Shown here: positions 8,895-16,833 of the stretch, piece after piece | How positions within the stretch are numbered: position 1 is the stretch's first letter | Layout of the letters: each line of letters opens with the position of its first letter | NCBI GenBank assembly: GCA_046318155.1 | Contig: JBKCUU010000043.1 | Location: 1-18,722, forward strand | Direction: 5' to 3' | Length of the DNA stretch: 18,722 bases | Source of the DNA: Bdellovibrio sp. | Lineage (GTDB): Bacteria > Bdellovibrionota > Bdellovibrionia > Bdellovibrionales > Bdellovibrionaceae | Notes under the pieces: generated by a model | Seen by the model: only the letters and a program-made list of their open reading frames with translations | The model's database searches: none | What the model was told of the DNA's origin: nothing | Made by a program: the position numbers and the translations under genes

Positions 8895-10220
8895 GTGGCA
8901 AACGCAGGCGAACTGTCCAAGAACTCGGATTTAACAAGACGGATTTTGTTTACACTGGCAATGCTTGCCATCTACCGAGTCGGGGTACATGTACCCACTC
9001 CCGGAGTTGACAGCGCAGCCGTCATGTCATTCTTTCAAGCCCAAAGTGCTGGCATTTTTGGCTTGTTTAACACCTTCACTGGCGGAGCACTCTCGCAGTT
9101 CTCAGTTTTCGCGTTGGGCATTATGCCTTACATCTCGGCATCGATTATTTTCCAATTGCTCACGTCGGCAATTCCTCACCTCGAAGCTTTGAAAAAAGAA
9201 GGCGAGCAGGGGCGACGTAAGATCAATCAATACACACGGTATGCAACCGTTGCTTTGGCGATTATCCAAGGTTACGGCATCAGCACCTGGCTCGCAGCTT
9301 CGGTGAGTCCCGAAGGTAAGAACCTGGTGACCTCGGCTGTCGTTGGGGGATTTGTTCCCTTTAAAGTGATGACGATCCTCACTCTGACAGCAGGAACCTG
9401 CTTCATTATGTGGCTCGGCGAACAGATTACTGAGCGCGGAATCGGGAACGGTTCGTCACTGATCATCTTCACTGGGATCGCTGCCTCGATTCCTGGAGGA
9501 GCAACTCAGCTCTGGACACTTGTGAAGAATGGTGAGCTAGGTTCGGCAGTCGCAATTGCAATCGTGCTCTTTATGGTGCTGACGATCGCGGCCGTCATCT
9601 TTATGGAAGTTGCTCAACGTCGAATCGCCATTCAGTATTCGCAACGCGGAACTGGGATGCAGTCGATGACGACTCCTCAGAGTCACTTGCCGATTAAGAT
9701 CAACTTTTCCGGAGTGATTCCGCCGATCTTTGCGTCTTCATTATTGATGTTCCCGGCAACGATGGCGCAGTTTGTACAGACGCCTTGGTTGAAAGCATTG
9801 CAAGACAACTTGAGCCCGTCAGGCACAATCTACAATATCTTGTTCGTCGCACTCATCGTCTTTTTCTGTTTCTTCTACACAGAGATCGTTTTTAATCCGA
9901 ATGAAGTTGCCGACAACTTGAAAAAGTACGGTGGATTCATTCCTGGTGTTCGTGCGGGCAAAAGCACTGCCGAGTATATTCAGAAGGTCTTGGACCGCGT
10001 GAATGTCGGCGGCGCGATCTACTTGAGCGTGATCTGCGTCCTGCCTGGTGTCTTGACAAGTATGGCGAATGTTCCTTTTTACTTCGGTGGAACGAGTTTA
10101 CTGATTTTGGTTGGTGTGGCCTTGGACACCAGCCAACAAGTTCAATCTCACTTGATCAGCCAGAAATATGAAGGCTTTTTGAAGGGTGCGAAAATTCGCA
10201 GCCGTCGGGTTCAGTACTAA
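8895..10220 (+). CDS. secY: Preprotein translocase subunit SecY
   Basis: GTG start; RILFTL...[74 protein letters not shown]; multiple hydrophobic helices. Confidence 0.99.
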   Translation: MANAGELSKNSDLTRRILFTLAMLAIYRVGVHVPTPGVDSAAVMSFFQAQSAGIFGLFNTFTGGALSQFSVFALGIMPYISASIIFQLLTSAIPHLEALKKEGEQGRRKINQYTRYATVALAIIQGYGISTWLAASVSPEGKNLVTSAVVGGFVPFKVMTILTLTAGTCFIMWLGEQITERGIGNGSSLIIFTGIAASIPGGATQLWTLVKNGELGSAVAIAIVLFMVLTIAAVIFMEVAQRRIAIQYSQRGTGMQSMTTPQSHLPIKINFSGVIPPIFASSLLMFPATMAQFVQTPWLKALQDNLSPSGTIYNILFVALIVFFCFFYTEIVFNPNEVADNLKKYGGFIPGVRAGKSTAEYIQKVLDRVNVGGAIYLSVICVLPGVLTSMANVPFYFGGTSLLILVGVALDTSQQVQSHLISQKYEGFLKGAKIRSRRVQY

Positions 10221-10861
10221 TGAATATAGTTTTGTTCGGAGCTCCTGGCGCAGGTAAAGGGACGCAATCAACAATGTTGGTTCAGCGTCTCCGGTACCAT
10301 CAAATCAGCACCGGAGATTTGTTCAGACATGCGATAAAGAATAAAACCGAGCTTGGACGCCAAGCCCAAGGTTTTATGGATCGAGGGGACTTAGTTCCTG
10401 ACTCGATCGTAATCAGTATGGTCGATGAAGTTTTAGAGAATTTAAAAGAAAAGAGTTTTATCCTTGATGGTTTTCCAAGAACGCGCGCCCAGGCAGAAGC
10501 CTTAGGGAAGATACTTCAAGTTCGGGGATTGCGTTTAGAAAAGGCCATCTTCCTGGAGGTTCCAAAAGAGGAGCTCCTCCAGCGTTTGACGGGACGTCGA
10601 GTTTGTCAGTCTTGTGGGGCTGTCTATCACATCCAATCCAAGCCAATGCGCAAAGACGGTATCTGCGATCTTTGCGGTGGGGTTGTTGTTCAGCGGAACG
10701 ACGATAAGGAAGAAGTGATTGCTACACGATTGAAAACCTACGAAGAAAATACATTTCCTCTCAGAGGCTACTACAAAGAGATCGGGAACTACGCGGAGGT
10801 CGACGGAAGTCGACACACAGAGGCTGTTTTTGAGTCGTTGCGGGCCCTGCTTAAGGACTAA
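10220..10861 (+). CDS. adk: Adenylate kinase with Zn-binding LID
   Basis: P-loop [32 protein letters not shown]...CDLC; TAATG stop/start overlap with secY. Confidence 0.98.
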   Translation: MNIVLFGAPGAGKGTQSTMLVQRLRYHQISTGDLFRHAIKNKTELGRQAQGFMDRGDLVPDSIVISMVDEVLENLKEKSFILDGFPRTRAQAEALGKILQVRGLRLEKAIFLEVPKEELLQRLTGRRVCQSCGAVYHIQSKPMRKDGICDLCGGVVVQRNDDKEEVIATRLKTYEENTFPLRGYYKEIGNYAEVDGSRHTEAVFESLRALLKD

Positions 10862-10880
10862 AAAAACCCTTGAGAATAGC

Positions 10881-10909
10881 TAGACAAGCAACGGCTCGGA
10901 TGCTAGGTT
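10881..10909 (+). promoter_or_regulatory. Putative sigma70 promoter for rpmJ-rpsMKD-rpoA-rplQ
   Basis: -35 TAGACA (10881-10886), 17-nt spacer, extended -10 TGc-TAGGTT (10901-10909), in the only large intergenic gap of the cluster. Confidence 0.65.
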
Positions 10910-11009
10910 TTCGAACCGCGCGATTCTTTTATTTCGCTGTTGTAGTAATTTATTGAATAAATTCGACAACTTAGCTTTTTGGCAAGTTGAAAATGGGGTT
11001 GGATCGTTT

Positions 11010-11123
11010 ATGAAAGTCAGACCTTCAGTAAAGAAGATTTGCAAGAAGTGTAAAGTTGTAAAGCGCAAGGGCGTCATTCGCGTCATTTGCGAGAACACAA
11101 AACATAAGCAAAGGCAGGGCTGA
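11010..11123 (+). CDS. rpmJ: 50S ribosomal protein L36 (bL36), Zn-ribbon type
   Basis: Absent from the ORF track (37 aa); manual translation [37 protein letters not shown]. Confidence 0.98.
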   Translation: MKVRPSVKKICKKCKVVKRKGVIRVICENTKHKQRQG

Positions 11124-11125
11124 TC

Positions 11126-11500
11126 ATGGCTCGTTTATCAGGAGTCGATCTTCCGCGTAACAAGCGTGTCGAAATCGCATTAACCTACATCTACGGAATT
11201 GGCCGTTCTCGTGCTCGCACGATCTGCGAAAAAACGGGAATTTCTGATACCCTCCGGACTGATGCTTTGACAGATGAACATCTCGCAAAAATGCGCGCGA
11301 TCATCGAAGCAACCTTCAAGGTAGAAGGTGATTTGCGACGTGAAATCGGTTTGAACATCAAACGTTTGATGGATTTGAATTGCTTCCGTGGCACTCGTCA
11401 TCGCAAAGGTCTTCCTGTTCGTGGTCAGAGAACTCGCTCGAACGCTCGCGTTCGTAAAGGTCCTCGTAAAACCGTCGCGAACAAGAAAAAAGCAGTCTAA
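11126..11500 (+). CDS. rpsM: 30S ribosomal protein S13 (uS13)
   Basis: [26 protein letters not shown]...VEGDLRRE...[18 protein letters not shown]. Confidence 0.99.
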   Translation: MARLSGVDLPRNKRVEIALTYIYGIGRSRARTICEKTGISDTLRTDALTDEHLAKMRAIIEATFKVEGDLRREIGLNIKRLMDLNCFRGTRHRKGLPVRGQRTRSNARVRKGPRKTVANKKKAV

Positions 11501-11521
11501 GGCCTAGGTCTTGAGGAAAGA

Positions 11522-11917
11522 ATGAACACACAAGATAATAAAAAAGTCGTAAAGAAAAAAGTTAAGAAGAACGTTCCCACGGGTTACTGCTACATCTCCG
11601 CTGGTTTCGGCAATGTCATCGTGACAATGACTGACCCAGGTGGCGACACCGTTGCTTGGGCTACTGCTGGTGGCCTGGGTTTTAAGGGAAGCCGAAAAGG
11701 AACTCCTTTCGCAGCTCAAATGGCTGCCGAAGAAGCGTCTAAAAAGGCAATTGAAGCTGGTATGCGCGCAGTTGATGTTTTCCTGAAGGGACCCGGCGCG
11801 GGTCGTGAGCCTGCAATTCGTGCAGTCGCTGCTTCAGGTCTAAAAATTATGTCTTTGAAGGATATCACACCCGTTCCGCACAACGGCTGCCGTCCTCCAA
11901 AACGTCGTCGAATCTAA
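11522..11917 (+). CDS. rpsK: 30S ribosomal protein S11 (uS11)
   Basis: [18 protein letters not shown]...KGPGAGRE...[18 protein letters not shown]. Confidence 0.99.
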   Translation: MNTQDNKKVVKKKVKKNVPTGYCYISAGFGNVIVTMTDPGGDTVAWATAGGLGFKGSRKGTPFAAQMAAEEASKKAIEAGMRAVDVFLKGPGAGREPAIRAVAASGLKIMSLKDITPVPHNGCRPPKRRRI

Positions 11918-11929
11918 TAAGAGGTATCT

Positions 11930-12556
11930 GTGAGCTGCGTAAATGAAGCTGTTTGCAAACTTTGTCGCCGTGAAAACATGAAACTGTTCCTTAAAGGGGA
12001 CCGTTGCTACACGGACAAATGTTCTTTTGAACGTCGTCCTTATCCTCCCGGTCAACATGGGCAGGCTCGTCTAAAGTTTTCTGAGTTCGCTTTGCAATTG
12101 CGAGAAAAGCAAAAAACAAAACGATATTATGGAATCGGAGAGAAACAGTTCCACGGTTATTTCGTTAAAGCTGATCGCTCGGCTGAAATCACTGGAACTG
12201 CTCTTTTGAAACTTCTCGAGCTCCGTCTCGACAATGTGGTCTACTCTCTGGGTTTTGCGGCTTCTCGCCGTGAAGCACGTCAGATGGTTGGCCACAATCA
12301 CATCTTCGTTAACGGAAAACGCGTCAACATCGCGTCTTTCACTGTTAAAAAAGGTGATGTTGTTGAGGTTCGTGAGAGCAGCCGCCAACTGACGAAAGTC
12401 ATGGCTGCGATTCAAGGTGTGTCTCGTCGAACAATTCCTTCTTGGCTTGAGGCTGATCACGGTGCTTATAAAGGCACAGTGAAAGATCTGCCTGTGAGAA
12501 CTGAAGTGACATTGCCAGTCGAAGAGAACATGGTCGTTGAATACTATTCTCGATAA
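11930..12556 (+). CDS. rpsD: 30S ribosomal protein S4 (uS4), four-Cys type
   Basis: GTG start after GAGGT; CKLCRRE...LFLKGDRC...KC...YPPGQHG...QLREKQK...[10 protein letters not shown]...VVEYYSR. Confidence 0.98.
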   Translation: MSCVNEAVCKLCRRENMKLFLKGDRCYTDKCSFERRPYPPGQHGQARLKFSEFALQLREKQKTKRYYGIGEKQFHGYFVKADRSAEITGTALLKLLELRLDNVVYSLGFAASRREARQMVGHNHIFVNGKRVNIASFTVKKGDVVEVRESSRQLTKVMAAIQGVSRRTIPSWLEADHGAYKGTVKDLPVRTEVTLPVEENMVVEYYSR

Positions 12557-12579
12557 TTTCGAAACCCGGGAGATCCAGC

Positions 12580-13614
12580 ATGCAAGAGCATTATTATAAA
12601 TTTTGGCGAGACCTCATTAAACCCAAAGGTTTCGAAGTTGATAAAGAATCACTTCGTGACGACTATGCACGTTTTATCGTGAAGCCACTTGAGCGTGGTT
12701 ACGGTGTGACGTTGGGGAATTCTCTCCGCCGAATTCTGTTGAGCTCGATGATGGGATCGGCTGTTTCAGCCGTGAAATTCGAAGGAGTTTTGCATGAGTT
12801 CACCACGATCCCCGATGTTCTCGAGGACGTGACTGATATTATTTTGAACCTGAAAGAAGTCCGCTTTAAGCACTACGACTCTGAGGCCCACGTTCTTCGT
12901 ATTACGAAGAAAGGTCCTGGAAAAGTAACGGCTGCCGACATTCAGGTGAATGACAAAGTTCAGGTTTTGAACCCCGAGCAGCACATTGCAACTTTGGGTG
13001 GAAACGCGAACTTTTCTGCCGAAATTATCGTGACCTTTGGTCGCGGTTATGACGCCGCAGAAGTCCGCAACGCGAACTATCCAATTGGATTCATCGCGGT
13101 TGATTCTTTGTATTCTCCTGTTCGTAAGGTGAACTACAACGTTGCAGCGGCACGTGTTGGTCAACGTACGGATTACGATGCTTTGTCTTTGGAAGTATGG
13201 ACAGATGGATCTTTGAAGCCTGAAGAAGCTGTTTCTTTGAGCTCAAAAATCTTGAAAGAACAACTCCAGATATTCCTGACTTTCGACGAATCTCTCGAGC
13301 CTCAAGAAGAAAGCTCGGATTCGAAATCACCTTCTTTGAATGAGAACTTGTTCCGTTCAGTTGATGACCTCGAGTTGTCGGTTCGTAGTGCGAACTGCTT
13401 GAAAAATGCGAACATTCGCTACATCGGTGAGTTGGTTGTTAAAACTGAGGCTGAAATGCTTAAGACAAAAAACTTTGGTCGCAAGTCTTTGAATGAAATC
13501 AAAGAGATTTTGTCTGAAATGGGATTGGGTCTGGGAATGAAGATTGATGGCTGGCCACCGGTTGGCTGGGATCCTTCGATTCCTCCCATGAAGCGCGAGC
13601 AAAGCAGCACGTAA
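12580..13614 (+). CDS. rpoA: DNA-directed RNA polymerase subunit alpha
   Basis: [54 protein letters not shown]...[11 protein letters not shown]. Confidence 0.99.
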   Translation: MQEHYYKFWRDLIKPKGFEVDKESLRDDYARFIVKPLERGYGVTLGNSLRRILLSSMMGSAVSAVKFEGVLHEFTTIPDVLEDVTDIILNLKEVRFKHYDSEAHVLRITKKGPGKVTAADIQVNDKVQVLNPEQHIATLGGNANFSAEIIVTFGRGYDAAEVRNANYPIGFIAVDSLYSPVRKVNYNVAAARVGQRTDYDALSLEVWTDGSLKPEEAVSLSSKILKEQLQIFLTFDESLEPQEESSDSKSPSLNENLFRSVDDLELSVRSANCLKNANIRYIGELVVKTEAEMLKTKNFGRKSLNEIKEILSEMGLGLGMKIDGWPPVGWDPSIPPMKREQSST

Positions 13615-13669
13615 CTAGATTTGTTTAATTAGTAGGCTGGCCAAGTGGCCAGCTCGAATTGAGGTCGTA

Positions 13670-14224
13670 ATGAGTTCACATCGACGTAGTACGAAATACT
13701 TTAGTCGCAAATACAATGCTCGCAAAGCTTTGCTTCGAGGGCTGATGGTTTCTCTGGTTGAGCACGAGCGCATCGCTACAACCGTGATCAAAGCGAAAGA
13801 ACTTCGCCGTCACATTGAGCGCGCGATCACACTTGGTAAGGGTGAAGGCCTCACAGCCCGCCGTTTGCTGATGTCTCGCATTCCTAATGAGACAACCGTT
13901 GCTAAAATCATGACTGATTTGGCTCCTCGCTTTAAGTCTCGCGAAGGCGGATACACTCGGGTCATCAAAATTGGTCGTCGTCCTGGTGACACGGCTGAGA
14001 TGGCATTCATCGAATTCGTTGATTACGACTTCGAAAAACGTCCATCAGCGACAGTTGCGGCAAAACCCGCAAAGGGCAAGAAGAAGGCAACGGCGACGGC
14101 AGCTGCGGCTTCTGCTTCGAAAGAGAAAGCAAAAGTTGCTCGCAAAGCGGCTCGTCTGGTTGCAGCACACAAGAAAAATGTATCGCAAACTCAGAAGCGT
14201 TCACGCGTGGCCAATCGCGATTAA
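13670..14224 (+). CDS. rplQ: 50S ribosomal protein L17 (bL17) with long Lys/Ala-rich C-terminal extension
   Basis: SLVEHERIATTVIKAKELR...APRFKSREGGYTRVIKIGRRPGDTAEMAFIEFV; last gene of the alpha operon. Confidence 0.97.
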   Translation: MSSHRRSTKYFSRKYNARKALLRGLMVSLVEHERIATTVIKAKELRRHIERAITLGKGEGLTARRLLMSRIPNETTVAKIMTDLAPRFKSREGGYTRVIKIGRRPGDTAEMAFIEFVDYDFEKRPSATVAAKPAKGKKKATATAAAASASKEKAKVARKAARLVAAHKKNVSQTQKRSRVANRD

Positions 14225-14249
14225 TCGAAGCGATCAAAGAGATTTCAGT

Positions 14250-14282
14250 AAAGCCCTGGTCAAGCACCGGGGCTTTTTTTTT
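14250..14282 (+). terminator. Rho-independent terminator ending the ribosomal cluster
   Basis: AAAGCCCTGGT-caagc-ACCGGGGCTTT stem (one G-U pair) running into a 9-T tract. Confidence 0.9.
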
Positions 14283-14397
14283 GAGGGAGCAAAAAAGAAG
14301 TTTGATCCTGCTCTTGATCTGCATTGAAATGCAGAGGCTTTAGCGGTTTGAATGTCCATTGTTATGGTCCTTCCGAAGATTGTTAGGTGAAGTGATT

Positions 14398-14961
14398 ATG
14401 AAAATTTACGTCCAAGCGTTCGTGATTACTATTTTGGTCGGTGCACTTTTTGTCTTTGGCTTTCAAAAGTGGCGCGAGGCTTCAAGCCCAAAGGCTGCCG
14501 AGGCGCGGATCATGAGCATTGAACAGATGGAAAAAGACGGGATTCCCAATTTTTCTTACACCACACTCCAAGGTGAAAAGGGTGAACTTCGAGACTTGCG
14601 CGGCAAAACAATCATCCTGAACTTTTGGGCTTCTTGGTGTGGGCCTTGCGTTGAGGAGTTTCCCTCGATGATTTCATTGGTTGAGGCTTTAAAGGGCGAG
14701 GCTGTGCTGGTGGCGGTCAGTGGTGACTCTTCACGAACTGATATTGATCAATTTTTGAAGCAACTCAAAGGTTGGGATCAAAGAGATGTCAAAATTGTTT
14801 GGGACGAAGACCGCTCACTTTCGAATCTTTATGATGTCGATCGGCTCCCAGAGAGCTATATTGCAAACGCGAACCACAATCTTGTCAAAAAGATCATCGG
14901 ATCGATCAATTGGCATACCCCCGAGTCTGTCGAGTACATGAAGTCGATTTCGGGACGTTAG
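14398..14961 (+). CDS. TlpA/ResA-family membrane-anchored thiol-disulfide oxidoreductase
   Basis: ATG 14398 after AGGTGA; N-terminal hydrophobic anchor; [23 protein letters not shown] (CxxC); [10 protein letters not shown] (cis-Pro loop); GSINW. Confidence 0.9.
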   Translation: MKIYVQAFVITILVGALFVFGFQKWREASSPKAAEARIMSIEQMEKDGIPNFSYTTLQGEKGELRDLRGKTIILNFWASWCGPCVEEFPSMISLVEALKGEAVLVAVSGDSSRTDIDQFLKQLKGWDQRDVKIVWDEDRSLSNLYDVDRLPESYIANANHNLVKKIIGSINWHTPESVEYMKSISGR

Positions 14962-15038
14962 CGCTTGTACTTGTTTTTTTTCGTGCACCCGAAATTTGCG
15001 TCGTAGAAATGAGTTCATGAGACACACCGATTAGATCT

Positions 15039-15360
15039 GAGTACAAATATTTGATTGGTTACCTGAAGGACGGCCGCCTTGAGGTGGACAACGGCTTCGC
15101 CGAACGTGTGATCCGGAAATTTGCGATCGGCCGCAACAACTGGATGTTTGCCGATACCGAAGCAGGTGCCCACGCCAGCGCCATGTTTTACAGTCTGCCG
15201 TGTACCGCCAAGGTCAACGACGTGAATATTTACGAAGCCATGAAATACTTGTTCACCGAGATCCCCAAAGCCAAGACCATCGAAGAGTATGAACGGCTCG
15301 CCGATGTCATCATGGGCATCACTCCTATCGCCTGACAAAGAGGCGAAATGGATCGCTTTA
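15039..15360 (+). mobile_element. IS66-family remnant: C-terminal fragment of TnpC transposase plus possible degenerate right end
   Basis: EYKYLIGYLKDGRLEVDNGFAERVIRKFAIGRNNWMFADTEAGAHASAMFYSL...TAKVNDV matches the IS66 TnpC C-terminal pattern (DGRxEIDNNxAERxxRxxAxGRKNWLF); in-frame stop at 15018-15020 upstream; GGATCGCTTTA (15350-15360) resembles IS66 ends (...CGCTTAC). Confidence 0.85.
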
Positions 15361-15544
15361 GTTAGTTATTGACATTGGTAGTGGTACAAAAATTCCCGGC
15401 CGGTCACTGAAGAGCAAACCATTTATGTGACTTCAAAAGAAATCGGGCGACGCGCAAACTGCGACGATCGAAGCCTACACGGTACCTTCGTTGGCGAAGT
15501 CATTGGTGAGCGAACTCGAGGCGAAAGACTACTCGAGAGTGCAG

Positions 15545-16072
15545 CTATTTTGAAGTCTCCTGTGACGGGTCTTTGCCAAGTTCCTGCTCGAGGTTGTTTT
15601 TGAGAAAGGTCGCAAAGGGTCCAAATTTATCGAGCAATAGTAAATGTGGAAGAAGCTGCTTAAGCACGAGGATTGAGACGCCGGCCCACTTGAGCCAACG
15701 CAATTGCGTGAAGGAGGCGGCAAGAGTTGCACCTGCCAGAACCGTGCGGATCAAATCTTTATTCTTAAAAGGAACTTTCTCGATGAGGAGATCTGCGACA
15801 GATTTAAAAAAGTTGAGCACGGTCTCTGAAGTTTTGAGCTTGGTCAGTGCTTTCTTTTTTTCGGAGGAGCTCAAGTTTTTGTCGTTGCGAACGTCTTCGA
15901 CAGCTTCGAGCCAACTTAAAACTTCTTTTTTATCAGATTTGGGGAGATCATGAATGAGTTCGCGAATGACTTTCTTGTACTTGGCTGGTGTTTTCCGAAA
16001 GTCTAATTTTTTTAGAAAGGCATCGAGGTCAAACCCTCGTTCGAGAAACTTTTGTTTCATTGATGTCTGCAT
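15545..16072 (-). CDS. Hypothetical protein, Lys-rich helical N-part with hydrophobic C-terminal segment
   Basis: About 175-aa ORF with AGGAGG upstream; start ambiguous (ATG 16072 or 16060); no family recognised. Confidence 0.65.
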   Translation of the reverse strand: MQTSMKQKFLERGFDLDAFLKKLDFRKTPAKYKKVIRELIHDLPKSDKKEVLSWLEAVEDVRNDKNLSSSEKKKALTKLKTSETVLNFFKSVADLLIEKVPFKNKDLIRTVLAGATLAASFTQLRWLKWAGVSILVLKQLLPHLLLLDKFGPFATFLKNNLEQELGKDPSQETSK

Positions 16073-16209
16073 TCCTCCTACTCTGAAACAGAATTCGTCC
16101 ATGGGCAACCTCCTGTGGAGCCCTGGAGAACTATGGCTGGCTTGCGCCTCCGGTAGGAGCGAACCTGGTGATTCTGTCCTCTGGCGACGAGGAATGATTC
16201 TAAGCGTTA

Positions 16210-16238
16210 TTGACCCGCTGGCGGTTTTTAACGATTAT
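16210..16238 (+). promoter_or_regulatory. Putative sigma70 promoter for the 16268 ORF
   Basis: TTGACC (16210-16215), 17 nt, GATTAT (16233-16238); SD GAGGT at 16259-16263. Confidence 0.45.
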
Positions 16239-16267
16239 GGCGCTCAATTTTCAATTTCGAGGTCACC

Positions 16268-16729
16268 ATGAAATCAGTTACCGAATTCCCTAACTTTACT
16301 TTGTCTCAAGCGCTCAAAACCAAAACGGCGATGACAGCTGAGGGTAAAACACCTGAAGAGATTCAAACCAGCTTGGGTGAAACCTTTAAACTGGAAGGCG
16401 ATAAACTGAAACATTTTATCAGCGCGATCGATATCGCAGGACAAAATCCTGAGAACTTGAAACGCGTTGTTGTTGTGAGCTTGAACGAAGGTGAAACTGC
16501 ACCAAGCAAAGCAACCAAAGTGGAAGAACTCCACTTCGTCCCTGAGTTCTACGTTGATGCGAAAGCTCGCCCCCAAGCCGATGCTAAAGGCGGCCGAGGT
16601 GGTCGTGGCGGCGGTGGCCGTGGTGGTCCCGGCGGTAAATCGAATGGTCCTAAAAGCTCTCCATGGGGTCTTTCTCCTGAAGAGAAGGCTGCTAAAAAGG
16701 CTCCCAAGGCAAAGCCCACCACAAACTAA
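16268..16729 (+). CDS. Hypothetical protein with RGG/Gly-rich and Lys-rich C-terminal tail
   Basis: 153-aa ORF with SD, candidate promoter and terminator; tail GGRGGRGGGGRGGPGG...PWGLSPEEKAAKKAPKAK. Confidence 0.85.
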   Translation: MKSVTEFPNFTLSQALKTKTAMTAEGKTPEEIQTSLGETFKLEGDKLKHFISAIDIAGQNPENLKRVVVVSLNEGETAPSKATKVEELHFVPEFYVDAKARPQADAKGGRGGRGGGGRGGPGGKSNGPKSSPWGLSPEEKAAKKAPKAKPTTN

Positions 16730-16788
16730 AGACCTCGCCCACCAGGCAAGCTGGTTGAGTGGCTTATATTTTTTTAAGTTTCGAAGAG

Positions 16789-16821
16789 CAGCCTAGGCAA
16801 TTGCCTGGGCTGATTTTTTTT
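16789..16821 (+). terminator. Rho-independent terminator between convergent genes
   Basis: CAGCCTAGGC-aatt-GCCTGGGCTG stem (one G-U pair) followed by A and 8 T; a weaker hairpin ACCAG/CTGGT (16741-16755) with a downstream T-tract lies just upstream. Confidence 0.8.
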
Positions 16822-16833
16822 GGGGTTTGCTTG

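Noticed and set aside
76..14324. Many minus-strand and alternate-frame ORFs over the ribosomal cluster (e.g. 76-498, 1158-1970, 7426-8022, 12766-13164, 13971-14327)
   Set aside because: Shadow ORFs of conserved genes with biased codon usage; no recognisable motifs
15015..15338. 107-aa minus-strand ORF
   Set aside because: Antisense shadow of the IS66 transposase fragment
15369..15390. TTGACA...TACAAA as a promoter after the IS remnant
   Set aside because: Spacer is only 10 nt and no plus-strand gene follows
15573..16271. Plus-strand ORFs 15573-15953 and 15954-16271
   Set aside because: Antisense to the minus-strand hypothetical gene that has a strong SD; composition looks like a shadow frame
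16589..16636. GGC/GGT-rich repeats as a DNA repeat or CRISPR-like array
   Set aside because: Explained by Gly/Arg codons with varied third positions; no repeat-spacer structure
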